DNA from: Citromicrobium sp.
GTDB lineage: Bacteria > Pseudomonadota > Alphaproteobacteria > Sphingomonadales > Sphingomonadaceae
Reading direction: 5' to 3'
Assembly: GCA_003248395.1 (NCBI GenBank)
Contig: QFNA01000006.1
Coordinates: forward strand, 246 to 64,245
DNA length: 64,000 nucleotides
Part shown: positions 53,162 through 62,400 of the stretch, in pieces
How positions within the stretch are numbered: position 1 is the first letter of the stretch
How the letters are laid out: the number at the start of each line of letters is the position of its first letter
The notes under the pieces: model-generated
Database searches by the model: none
What the model saw: the letters and a program-made list of their open reading frames with translations, nothing else
What the model was told of the DNA's origin: nothing
Translations under genes and position numbers: made by a program

Positions 53162-53917
53162 TCAGTTGGAAAGCTTGGCGATCCTCTTGTTTAACCGTGC
53201 AATCCTCGTATCCCAGTCACCTTTCCACCCTTGTTCTCTTGCTTGCTCGGATAGGGCACCTGCGGCAACATAATCGCCGCGCTTCTCAAAGATGATAGCA
53301 AGCTGCTTGTAGCCATGGTGCGACGGCAACGTGTCTGGCGGATACCTGTCAAACGTCGCCTCACCCCTCTGGACGAGGTCGATCTTTCGCTGCGCCTCTT
53401 CCCTGCTGTCTTTGCCCCACCTGATCTCGATTAATGGTTTTTTTGCGGGTGCGAGGAAAGCCTCAGCAGCCAAAGGCGCTAGCTGAATCTGATCTCGGCA
53501 GGCTGTCTCAGCTCGTTGAAGAGCGAAGCAATCTGTGTCTCGCCATCTGTAGTAGACCATAGCCTTCGCCTGATATGTGAAGTGTTTCGTCAGAACATTC
53601 TCTGAGACGGCAAGCAGCTCCTCAGCCTTGTCGATTATTCGGAACCCGATGGTGCGGTCTGTCTCATGCTTGAACCAAGTTGCTAATGTAGAGAGTAGCT
53701 GACTGGGATTGCTAACGTCGCCACTAGTTTTCTCTTCGATCAGCATCCTTCCCCCATCGCTCGCTCCCATAGGCTGAAAAGTCGCTAGGATATGGGCGCG
53801 CTCGTCATCGTCGAATTCGGTCAACCACCAGTCGGTTAGACCCGACGCACCGATGAAGCCGTGAATTTGGTTCTTCTCTTTTCTGAATGGCCACATCGCT
53901 GGAATCACCTTTTTCAC
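53162..53917 (-). CDS. Hypothetical TPR-like helical protein
   Basis: 251-aa lower-GC ORF; LPSHHGYKQLAIIFEKRGDY..EQAREQGWKGDWDTRIARL C-terminus; may start at MWPF. Confidence 0.7.
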   Translation of the reverse strand: MKKVIPAMWPFRKEKNQIHGFIGASGLTDWWLTEFDDDERAHILATFQPMGASDGGRMLIEEKTSGDVSNPSQLLSTLATWFKHETDRTIGFRIIDKAEELLAVSENVLTKHFTYQAKAMVYYRWRDTDCFALQRAETACRDQIQLAPLAAEAFLAPAKKPLIEIRWGKDSREEAQRKIDLVQRGEATFDRYPPDTLPSHHGYKQLAIIFEKRGDYVAAGALSEQAREQGWKGDWDTRIARLNKRIAKLSN

Positions 53918-54103
53918 GCAGCGGCATTGCTATCGCATCTAGATCAAATCACCCAGCCCCGGCCCGATCATATGCGGTCGCTTGCCGCATTTCGAGTAAC
54001 GCAGGCGACGCGTATGTGTCAGCTTTTGGGGCAACGAGCCAATAAGCCAAGAGACTGGAACTGGGGCGCTTTGCTGACCGGCAACTCACACTGGTAGCGG
54101 CCT

Positions 54104-54168
54104 GGCGGCTTGTGGGCCGATTACGGACTGTCTGCTGTTGGGTGCACTGACGAGCGAAGCTGCCATTC
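54104..54168 (+). repeat. Degenerate repeat copy B (within a cluster at about 54014-54168)
   Basis: GGCGGCTTGTGGGCCG-N6-GACTGTCTGCTGTTGGGTGCA. Confidence 0.6.
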
Positions 54169-54199
54169 TTCTGACAATGCCATTGTCGCCAACTTCTGG

Positions 54200-54350
54200 G
54201 CTGTGAGAAAGCCTCTCCCGTCCCTGCAAGTTCCCACCCTTTCGAGCGATCCCCTACGATCTCGACTGCGAATCCGACTTGCGCCAGTGATTCAATAATG
54301 AATTTGCTCATCTGGGGGTCGTCCTGAATAATCAGAACAGTCTTTGCCAC
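54200..54350 (-). pseudogene. Truncated response-regulator receiver domain remnant
   Basis: MAKTVLIIQDDPQMSKFIIESLAQVGFAVEIVGDRSKGWELA matches a receiver N-terminus; similarity ends before the phospho-Asp. Confidence 0.6.
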
Positions 54351-54435
54351 GTGAGGCTTCGTGCTGGAGTCAACAGGAGTGCTTCAGCATAGGCCGCATT
54401 CGCGACAAGCTTGAGACATCGGCGTCTTAAGCTGA

Positions 54436-56760
54436 CTATCGCGGCGAGAGAGGCGCCACGTTAAAACGATTCATACCTGCACCGCCATCCGAACCTCCAT
54501 CGTAGATGAAACCATAGACGAGGCTGTTGTCTCTCAAGCTCAGAACGTTGCCGCGGACCCAAGACCCAAGGATTTTGTCCACGAGCAGTTCGGGCTTTTG
54601 CCATGCGCCACGGACGCAACGGACCGAGTAGATGCTCCGGCTATCTTCGTCGATAAACAAGAGCACAGGCGATCCAACATGAATCACGAGGTCGGCCGCG
54701 GGCTGCTGCGAATCGACCGCATCGGTGATCACCGGCCCCGGGGTGATGCGGGACGGGGCGCCGGGCGCTGCCAGCCCGACGATGCGCCGCTCCCACAGAC
54801 TGCCATCGGCGAGGCGATAGGCGATGATGACGGTGTCGGCCGCAGCGTCATAGGCAAGCGGGAGCACGGCGCCATATTCGGCCCGCCCGGTGCCCGCGCC
54901 GCGCGCGAGAAGCTGGCGCGCGGTGAGGCTGCCATCGGGCAGGATGCGCCGATACCAGATGCTGCCATCGTCGCTGAAATAGGCCAGGTGGACGACATCG
55001 CCGCGCCCGACGATCGCCTGCGGCCCGGCATTGACGAAGCCTGCCTCCGGATCGAGCTCCACCGGCGCGCTCCAGACCAGCTCGCCGATGCCCTCATCCG
55101 CCCGGTCACCGGGCCTCTGCCCGGTCCCGACCACGTAATGCAGCCGATCGGCCAGATAGACGGCGACGATCGACCCGTCCGAGCGCATCGCCATCGTCGC
55201 GGTCTGGGCGATCGCCTCGCCCCGTGCCGCCACCTCGTCGCGCACCGCCCAGCTGTCGGGGCGTTCGGCATTGTCCGAGGTCAGGAACATGTGCCGCCTG
55301 ACCGAAGAGGTAACCTGGTGGATGATCTCGATACGGTCGCCGACAAGCCGGCTGTCGACCGATTCGAGGTCGCCGGTGGCCGGCCGGTGGGCGCCATCCA
55401 TCTCGCGCCAGTGCCGACCGCCATCGACGGATTTCATCATCATGAAGCGATTGTCGGTCTCGGTCGGCTCCATGATGAAGTAGAGGTCGCCATTGGTGGC
55501 CTGCCATGGACCGATGCGGCCGGGATTCTCGACGAAGGTGCCGCCCAGATGGCCGGCGGCGATGGCCAGCTCGACCCGGCCCGTGGCGCTGGCCGGGCGA
55601 CCCTCGCCATCGACCATGCGAAAGGCAAAGCTGTCGCCGGCCTCGTTCGTCACCGGACCGTCGGCGTGGCGGCGGATGACGAGTGGCCATTCGAACTCGC
55701 TGTGCCCGTCGGCCGGCGCGGATGCGGAGACCTCTTCGGCCAGCGACACTCCTGCGCCGGGCGAGAACGGGCCGGGAGCGGCATGGATGAGGTCGGCGGT
55801 CGGCGCTCCGGCGGCATAGCCGCGCGTGGCCACGATGCTGGCGCGCGGCGTGCGGGCGACGCCCTCGAGCGTCCATTCGGCGATATCCACCCGGTCGCCA
55901 GCGGCAAGGCCGATCCCCGCCTGGCCGCGCGGCAGGCCATCGGCGAGCGGCAGCGTCAGTGAGAATGCGCCATCGCCGATCTCGATCTCGAGCGCGGCGT
56001 CCTCATATTGCAGCTCGACTTCCTGCCAGCCGGTGAGCGCCGGACCGGCATGCGCCTCGCCGAGCAGCGTCTCGTGCCCGTCGCGCTGGCGAACGACTCG
56101 GACCCGGCCCGAAGGCATGAAGTGCGCGGCCGCGTAATTGTCTTCATCGACATAGCCGAACAGCAGCGCCACGCCGCGCTCGTTGCCGGCCGGCAGCCGC
56201 AGCCGCGCCGCGATGGAGAATTCCGGCAGCGGCCAGGGCGCGCGCGAGAGCGCCCGCAGCTCCGCCCCGGCCGCTGCCGCGCGCAGCACCGCGCCTTCGT
56301 CCGTCATGGCCACGGCGAGCGTGCCGGTGGCGCCGGCGGCCATGCTCCAGCCCGGCGCCACCGTGCCAATCGCATCGTCGGCGAAGGTCTGCGTCCATTC
56401 GCGCATGGGATGGGGAAAATCCTGCGCCTCGACATGCTCCCAGGCGCCGGCATTGCGGCTGACCTGCAGGCTCAGCGGCCCCTCAGGCGGCCCGCCGATG
56501 GTCTCGAGACGGAGGCGGAACGGCCGGTCGGCCTCGACCACCACGTCTTCCCCCGCATCGCCCGCCCAGCCGCCGGGCGCGTTGAGCGGCGCATCGGCCT
56601 GCACGCGCACGCGGAAGCTCGGCTCCTGTGCCGCGGCCGGCGCGCTGGCGAGGGCGAGGGCGGCCAGGCCGGAAAGAACAGCCGAAACAGACCGGCCGCC
56701 TGCCCGCTGGCTGAAGGCGCGGCGGCCGGATGCGGGGTTGCCGCGCACCCGGTCAATCAC
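54436..56760 (-). CDS. Secreted multidomain protein: ConA/LamG-like domain plus Asp-box (BNR) beta-propeller
   Basis: GTG at 56760 overlaps the upstream stop; SGRRAF twin-arginine-like motif and AAA-Q cleavage site; SVDGGRHW Asp-box. Confidence 0.72.
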   Translation of the reverse strand: MIDRVRGNPASGRRAFSQRAGGRSVSAVLSGLAALALASAPAAAQEPSFRVRVQADAPLNAPGGWAGDAGEDVVVEADRPFRLRLETIGGPPEGPLSLQVSRNAGAWEHVEAQDFPHPMREWTQTFADDAIGTVAPGWSMAAGATGTLAVAMTDEGAVLRAAAAGAELRALSRAPWPLPEFSIAARLRLPAGNERGVALLFGYVDEDNYAAAHFMPSGRVRVVRQRDGHETLLGEAHAGPALTGWQEVELQYEDAALEIEIGDGAFSLTLPLADGLPRGQAGIGLAAGDRVDIAEWTLEGVARTPRASIVATRGYAAGAPTADLIHAAPGPFSPGAGVSLAEEVSASAPADGHSEFEWPLVIRRHADGPVTNEAGDSFAFRMVDGEGRPASATGRVELAIAAGHLGGTFVENPGRIGPWQATNGDLYFIMEPTETDNRFMMMKSVDGGRHWREMDGAHRPATGDLESVDSRLVGDRIEIIHQVTSSVRRHMFLTSDNAERPDSWAVRDEVAARGEAIAQTATMAMRSDGSIVAVYLADRLHYVVGTGQRPGDRADEGIGELVWSAPVELDPEAGFVNAGPQAIVGRGDVVHLAYFSDDGSIWYRRILPDGSLTARQLLARGAGTGRAEYGAVLPLAYDAAADTVIIAYRLADGSLWERRIVGLAAPGAPSRITPGPVITDAVDSQQPAADLVIHVGSPVLLFIDEDSRSIYSVRCVRGAWQKPELLVDKILGSWVRGNVLSLRDNSLVYGFIYDGGSDGGAGMNRFNVAPLSPR

Positions 56761-57973
56761 GCTCCCAGCCCCAGGCCTCGAGCATGATGGCGAACAGGCG
56801 GGTGTTGGGAAGATAGCCGCGCACCCGCTCGGCGCCGGCCCCGATCGCCAGCGCGGGCACCTCTTCGGCCGTGTGGGTGGCGTTGACGAAGACATTGTCC
56901 AGCCGCACGTGGTCGTCATCCTCGTCGTCGCTGGCCGCGGGCTGTGCCGCCTGCCACGCATCGTAGCCGGCCAGAAGATCCTCGCCGCGGCGCCCGCCAT
57001 CGACCTGCAGGCCGAAGGAATGGTCGGCGGTGAACAGCAGCAGCGTCTCGCCAAGATCGACGCGGGCCGCCACCTCGGCCATCAGGCCGTCGAACCGGGC
57101 GAGGTTTTCCAGCCCCTCGCGCACGTCGTCGGTGTGTGCGTCCCATTCGACCACCAGCAGATAGCCCTTGTCCGCCTGTTCGAGCCGGTCGAGCGCGGCC
57201 AGCGTGGCTGCGCGCACGTCGATCTCGTCGGCCACCACCACCGGGCGGGCATTGTCGGCCGGCATGTCGGCGAGCGTCGCGTAGATCGGGCGATCATGCG
57301 CGCTGGCGAGCTGGTCGAAGCCGGTGCCGAGCGCCGCGAGCTGCTCGCCGATCCTGCCGCGCCCGCGGCCGATCAGCACGTCCACCCCGTCGCCGAAGCG
57401 CGGTGCGAAGGCCTGCGGAAAGATGTTGCCCCAATCGCCGCGGTCATTGGCATGGGCATAGGTGGCCGCCGGCGTGGCATCGGCGATCGACTGGCTCGAG
57501 ACCACGCCGGTCAGCAGCCCGCGCTCCTCGGCATATTCCAGCAGGGTCTTGGTCGGCTGCCCGTCGCGCTCGCCGCGCACGGCATCAGGCCCCAGGCTGA
57601 TGACGCCGTTATGCGTTTTCACCCCGGTCATGATCGCCGACATGCCGTTTGCCGAATCCGACACGAAGCGATCGACCGGCGAGGTCTCGCTCAGGCCGAG
57701 ATGGGGCCATTGCTGGATGCTGAGCCGAAGCGGCTCCCCATGCGCAAGGATGCTGGCGGCATTGAGCGTGGCGACCCCGGCCGCATCGGCGAGGAACACG
57801 ATGACGTTGCGCGCCTGCCGTGTTTCTTGCGCCTGTTGCACGGGTGGCGGTGCCGCTGGAATATCCTGCCCGGATGCGGGCGCGGCCAGTATTGCAGCGA
57901 GGCCTGCGAAGGCCGCAGCAATCGGCGCGACCGGGCGAGGGGTGCGGATGGTCATGGCGAGCGGTGCTTTCAT
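56753..57973 (-). CDS. Alkaline phosphatase (PhoA-like), secreted
   Basis: NVIVFLAD, VSDSANG (Ser nucleophile), DATPAA, AHANDR, TADHS, HTAEEV. Confidence 0.88.
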   Translation of the reverse strand: MKAPLAMTIRTPRPVAPIAAAFAGLAAILAAPASGQDIPAAPPPVQQAQETRQARNVIVFLADAAGVATLNAASILAHGEPLRLSIQQWPHLGLSETSPVDRFVSDSANGMSAIMTGVKTHNGVISLGPDAVRGERDGQPTKTLLEYAEERGLLTGVVSSQSIADATPAATYAHANDRGDWGNIFPQAFAPRFGDGVDVLIGRGRGRIGEQLAALGTGFDQLASAHDRPIYATLADMPADNARPVVVADEIDVRAATLAALDRLEQADKGYLLVVEWDAHTDDVREGLENLARFDGLMAEVAARVDLGETLLLFTADHSFGLQVDGGRRGEDLLAGYDAWQAAQPAASDDEDDDHVRLDNVFVNATHTAEEVPALAIGAGAERVRGYLPNTRLFAIMLEAWGWERD

Positions 57974-57975
57974 GG

Positions 57976-60912
57976 TCAGAAGGTGTAGCCGAGGCCGAAG
58001 GTGAACTTGCGGCCGGTGAGGTTGGCGTCTTCGGCGAAAGGTTCATAACCCTGATAGGAGAACTGCGCCTCGTCGGTGACGTTGATCACGCTGGCAAACG
58101 CCCGCAGGCCGTTGTCGAGCGAGTAGGATGCCGACAGATCGAGGCGCTCTTCGGGGCCGAAGAACTCGTCGCTCTCGATGTCGCTGCCCAGGCCCTCCAC
58201 ATAGTCCGAGCGGTTGACATAGTCGCCGCGGAGCATGAAGCCGTCCCAGGCCCATTCCAGCGTGGCCGTGAACAGGAAGTCCGAAAAGCCGGGCAGGGGC
58301 AGATCATCGCGATCGGTGCGGTTGGGATAGGAGGCCTCGGTTTCAGTGAAGGTGGCGCTGACCCCGGCGGTCAGCCCGCTCAGCGCGCCCGGCAGGAACA
58401 CCAGCCGCTGGCGCGCGATCAGCTCGAGGCCATAATTCTTGGCGCTCGTGCCGTTCATCGGCACCTCGTATTCGAAGTCGCCGTCCTCCGCTGGGATGGG
58501 GATGCCATTGGCATCGAGCGCGTTGAAGTCGTAAACCAGATTATACGAGAAATTGTCGATGTCCTTGTAGAACACGCCGACCGAATAGAGACCGCCGCGA
58601 TCGGTGTAATATTCGAGCTGGGCATCGAAATTGTCCGACAGCGCCGGTTGCAGGTCCGGATTGCCGTCGGTGATGTCGCCGTCCTCGTTGATGAACCGGC
58701 CGCTGGCCAGCTCGCTGCGGCGCGGCCGGCCATAGGTGCGGTTGTAGCTTTCGCGCAGGATCAGGTTGGGCGTCAGCTCGTGGCGCAGGTGGACGCCCGG
58801 AAGCCAGAAATCATAGCTGTTGGCGTTGGTCACCGCATCCACGCTTGCCTCGCCGTCGAGATAGCTGACCGCATAATTGGTGTTGTCGAAATCGACCCGC
58901 TCGTAGCGCAGGCCGGCGATGATGGTGTGCGCGCCGGCGCGCAGCGTGCCCATGCCATAGCCGGCATAGGTCTGCTCGGTGCTGTCGAAATCGCCGACAT
59001 TGCTGTCTTCCAGCGTGTCTTCCTCGTTCAGTTCGAACAGTTCGGGATTCGAGGCGAGCAGCGCGGCACCGCGCTCGGGGAACACGTTGTAGACCTTGGC
59101 CCCGCCCATATAGACCTCGTCGGTCGGATCGAGGATCGAGGCATAGGGAAAGGCATCGTCCATCTCGTAGACCACGGCTGTCTCGTCGCGGGTCGCCTCG
59201 CTGCGGAAATACTTGGCGCCGGCCTTGAGCGTCAGGGCGCTGCTGCCGACATCGAAGCTGCGCTCGAAGTCGACCTTGGCGCTGTAGACGTCCTCGGTGG
59301 AAAGCGCGCTCGTCAGGGCCAGCTCGCCCTCGCTGACAAGCGCGAGATCGGTGCTGTCCTGCCCGCTGATCTCGGTGATGGCGACATCGCCGCGCGAGGT
59401 GTCGAACAGCTCGTATTCGAACAGCATCCACGGCGAATCCGGCTCCGACACGAAGTTGAGCTCGTTGTCGTTGACGGTGTTCACCTCGCTGCGCGAATAG
59501 AACAGGTCGTAGGTCAGCAGGCTGGCGCCGCCCTCGTGGCGGCCGCCGAAATTGACCGAATACAGCTCGGTCTCGCGATCCTGCTCGGTGCCGATCCACC
59601 CGCGCGAGCCTTGCGAGCCATCATCGCCCGGAGTGCCGCGGCCGTAATTCGGCGTCAGCTCGGCATAGGTCTTGCGGCCGTCGATGGCGTCCTGGAACCG
59701 CGTGTCGATGTCGATATCGGTCTCGAACACGTCGTTGCTGCGGTCGGCCTGGCTGTAGAAGCCGCGCAGATAGAAGGCGTTGAACTCGTCGGTGCGATAA
59801 TCGAGATCGACGTTGACGGTGTTGGTGCGGGTGGTCTGATAGTCGATTTCCCAGTGCGAGGATTCCATGAACCAGACCGGCCGGTCATATTGGCCGAGCC
59901 CAAGCTGCGGATTGTTGTCCGGCGTCACCTGAACCCAGTCCATGTCGCGATTGTTCGAGGTCCGATCGACCTCGTAGCTGCCGACCGAGATGCTCACGCC
60001 GAAATTGTCGTAATCGCCGCCGAGGCTGAAGATGTCCGAATAGCTGGCGCTGAGCGAATAGCCCCAATCCTCGGGCAGGTCGGAATAGACCCCGCCGGCC
60101 TCGATATTGATGCGCTGGCCGCTGCGCTCGAACGCGCTGCGGGTGACCACGTTGATGATACCGCCGAGCGCATCGCCGTCGCGGTCGGGCGTGGCGGCCT
60201 TGATGACCTCGATATTGGAGATCCCGTCGCCCGAGAACTGGTCTGTCGACAGGCCGCGGCTGCCGCCCGCCGTGGGCACGCGGTTGCCGTTGATCTGGAA
60301 CGAATTGTAGGCGCCCTCGATGCCGCGGATGTTGATGCCGGTCGGCTCGCCAGACTGGTTGGTGTTGACGCTGAGGCCGGGCAGGCGCTGCAGCGCATAG
60401 CCGATATTGCCATCAGGCGCGGGGCCGAACACCTCTTCGGAAAAGATGTTGACGATGCCATCGGCGGTGCGCTGCTGGTTGATCGCCAGCGCCTGCCCGA
60501 CCGCCGCGGCGCGTACGACAATAGGCTCGTGGCCAAGGGCCGTACTGTCGAGGCCGAAGTCTGCCACGGCGTTGGTATTCTCGGCGACGATAACGCGGCG
60601 CGTTGCCGGATCAAAGCCGACATACTCGACCTCGATGGTGTTGGTGCCGACAGGAACCTGTAGCTGGAAGCGGCCATCCTCGGTCGTGACATCGCGCTCA
60701 TTTGTTCCACTCACTCGGACAACCGCGCCGCGCAGCGATTCGCCGGTCTGCACATCGTAAACGCGGCCTGTTACCGTCGCCTGCTGCTCGGCAGTGACGG
60801 GAGAGGAGGAAGTTCCTGCGTCCTGGGCGTGAGCCGAAGTGGCAATCATGGCGACCAGCGCCGTAGATGTAAGCAAATGGCGCGATGCACGCATGGAAGA
60901 TGCAGTTATCAT
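57976..60912 (-). CDS. TonB-dependent receptor with N-terminal carboxypeptidase-regulatory-like extension
   Basis: Signal peptide, VTGRVYD..G.F, plug ALQRLPG..IRG..IEVIK..GGIINVVT, GNPDLQP, terminal GYTF. Confidence 0.95.
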   Translation of the reverse strand: MITASSMRASRHLLTSTALVAMIATSAHAQDAGTSSSPVTAEQQATVTGRVYDVQTGESLRGAVVRVSGTNERDVTTEDGRFQLQVPVGTNTIEVEYVGFDPATRRVIVAENTNAVADFGLDSTALGHEPIVVRAAAVGQALAINQQRTADGIVNIFSEEVFGPAPDGNIGYALQRLPGLSVNTNQSGEPTGINIRGIEGAYNSFQINGNRVPTAGGSRGLSTDQFSGDGISNIEVIKAATPDRDGDALGGIINVVTRSAFERSGQRINIEAGGVYSDLPEDWGYSLSASYSDIFSLGGDYDNFGVSISVGSYEVDRTSNNRDMDWVQVTPDNNPQLGLGQYDRPVWFMESSHWEIDYQTTRTNTVNVDLDYRTDEFNAFYLRGFYSQADRSNDVFETDIDIDTRFQDAIDGRKTYAELTPNYGRGTPGDDGSQGSRGWIGTEQDRETELYSVNFGGRHEGGASLLTYDLFYSRSEVNTVNDNELNFVSEPDSPWMLFEYELFDTSRGDVAITEISGQDSTDLALVSEGELALTSALSTEDVYSAKVDFERSFDVGSSALTLKAGAKYFRSEATRDETAVVYEMDDAFPYASILDPTDEVYMGGAKVYNVFPERGAALLASNPELFELNEEDTLEDSNVGDFDSTEQTYAGYGMGTLRAGAHTIIAGLRYERVDFDNTNYAVSYLDGEASVDAVTNANSYDFWLPGVHLRHELTPNLILRESYNRTYGRPRRSELASGRFINEDGDITDGNPDLQPALSDNFDAQLEYYTDRGGLYSVGVFYKDIDNFSYNLVYDFNALDANGIPIPAEDGDFEYEVPMNGTSAKNYGLELIARQRLVFLPGALSGLTAGVSATFTETEASYPNRTDRDDLPLPGFSDFLFTATLEWAWDGFMLRGDYVNRSDYVEGLGSDIESDEFFGPEERLDLSASYSLDNGLRAFASVINVTDEAQFSYQGYEPFAEDANLTGRKFTFGLGYTF

Positions 60913-60945
60913 AAGTCCCTCATTTGAATGGAAGGCCTGCCAGGC

Positions 60946-62400
60946 CTATTTGACGCTTTCGTAGGGCAAGGTGTTCTGGAATAGCCGCTGCTCGGGCAGC
61001 GTGTTTTCGGAAGGCTGGATCGACTTGGTGCCATTTGCCGATTTCATCAGGTCGACCTCGTCGTAGAGGGCGCCGTCGGCGGTGTAAGCAGCATAGGTCA
61101 ACTGGTCGCCATCGATCTCTATGACCTGGAAAAACTGTGTGTTTTCGCCCCGCCGGGCAAGCGCGACTCCGTTCGGCGCGTAAGCATCCCAGCCAGTAGC
61201 GCTGAACTCGTATTGCTTGGGGCCGGAGACCGAGTTGACGAACATCGTCGTCACCGTGCCCTCGTCCACTGCGGCGCTGCGGTTCGGCGTCATTTCCAGA
61301 TCGACCTCCCGCTCGCCAACCTGGCCGCGGGCATAGGTGTGATCGTGCCCTTGCAGCACAAGGTCGACCGAATGCTTGAGCAGCACCGGTAGAAGGACCT
61401 CGCGCCGCGACCGGTTATCCCGCTCGCGCCCGGAGGAGAACACCGGGTGGTGCATCGTCACGATTCGCCAACGCGCATCGCTGGCGGCGAGCCCGGAGTC
61501 GAGCCATTCGGCCTGTTCGGACATATCCGAAACGTTGCTATTGAGCACGAACACTTCGAGGTCGTTCGAGTAGCGTACCGAGTAAACTGTCTCCTGAATC
61601 TCATCCGGAAGCTCCGGCTCCTCGGGTAGGCGGAACTGGGGGCGCCATAGGATCGAAAGCAGCTTCTGCTTTTGCTCCTCGCCTAGTTTGTAGCTGTCGT
61701 ATTCGTGGTTGCCCGAAACCGGGATCGCCGGAATCATCCCGTTGATGAAGCTGCCGGCCCGGAACCAGTGCGCCCATTCCAGATCACGCGAACCGCGGTT
61801 TACAAGGTCGCCGGCGTGGAGGATGAAGCGGGCATCGGGAGCCTGCTGGAAGGCGGCCCGGATCACGCGTGGCCAATGCGAATCGAGGCCATTCTGGGCA
61901 TCACCGAGATAGATGAAGCGCAAGGGGCCGGAACTGGGAGCGGTCCGGGTCTGGAACCACTCGCTCCACTGACCCTCAGCGCCTTGCACCCGATAGGCAT
62001 ACAGGGTGTCGGGCTCCAGTCCGTCGAAGCGCACCGAGTGATGGCTGGTTGCAGGAAGGCCCGCATTGTGCGTAACCGGCAGGACGAGCCCCTCGTGAAC
62101 GACTTGGTCGAGGTCGAGCAGCTGGGTCTGTGCATCGACCGAGCGCGCAAGCTGGTCGAATCGTGCATCGGGCAATGCTAGTGTGATCTCGGCACGGGTC
62201 GCCTTAATTTCGGCGGAGGTGCGCCAGCTCACGCTGATTGAGGACGCCGGATCTCTCTCCATGGTCGCCACGATCCGGTCTGGCCACGTGCTCGCCTCCT
62301 GCCAGGGAACCTGAGCCGGGGTATGAGCACCCTCGTGCGCCATTGCTGGCATGACCGAGCCAAGCATCGCGCCCGTCATTAGCATCAACAAAAGTTTCAT
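60946..62400 (-). CDS. Secreted calcineurin-like metallophosphoesterase with FN3-like domain (purple acid phosphatase-like)
   Basis: GLEPDTLYAYRV, GDAQ, GDLVN, GNHE, HHP, GHDH motifs. Confidence 0.9.
   Translation of the reverse strand: MKLLLMLMTGAMLGSVMPAMAHEGAHTPAQVPWQEASTWPDRIVATMERDPASSISVSWRTSAEIKATRAEITLALPDARFDQLARSVDAQTQLLDLDQVVHEGLVLPVTHNAGLPATSHHSVRFDGLEPDTLYAYRVQGAEGQWSEWFQTRTAPSSGPLRFIYLGDAQNGLDSHWPRVIRAAFQQAPDARFILHAGDLVNRGSRDLEWAHWFRAGSFINGMIPAIPVSGNHEYDSYKLGEEQKQKLLSILWRPQFRLPEEPELPDEIQETVYSVRYSNDLEVFVLNSNVSDMSEQAEWLDSGLAASDARWRIVTMHHPVFSSGRERDNRSRREVLLPVLLKHSVDLVLQGHDHTYARGQVGEREVDLEMTPNRSAAVDEGTVTTMFVNSVSGPKQYEFSATGWDAYAPNGVALARRGENTQFFQVIEIDGDQLTYAAYTADGALYDEVDLMKSANGTKSIQPSENTLPEQRLFQNTLPYESVK

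Noticed and set aside
57820..60663. 947-aa ORF on the plus strand
   Set aside because: Antisense shadow of the TonB receptor, with no motifs of its own.
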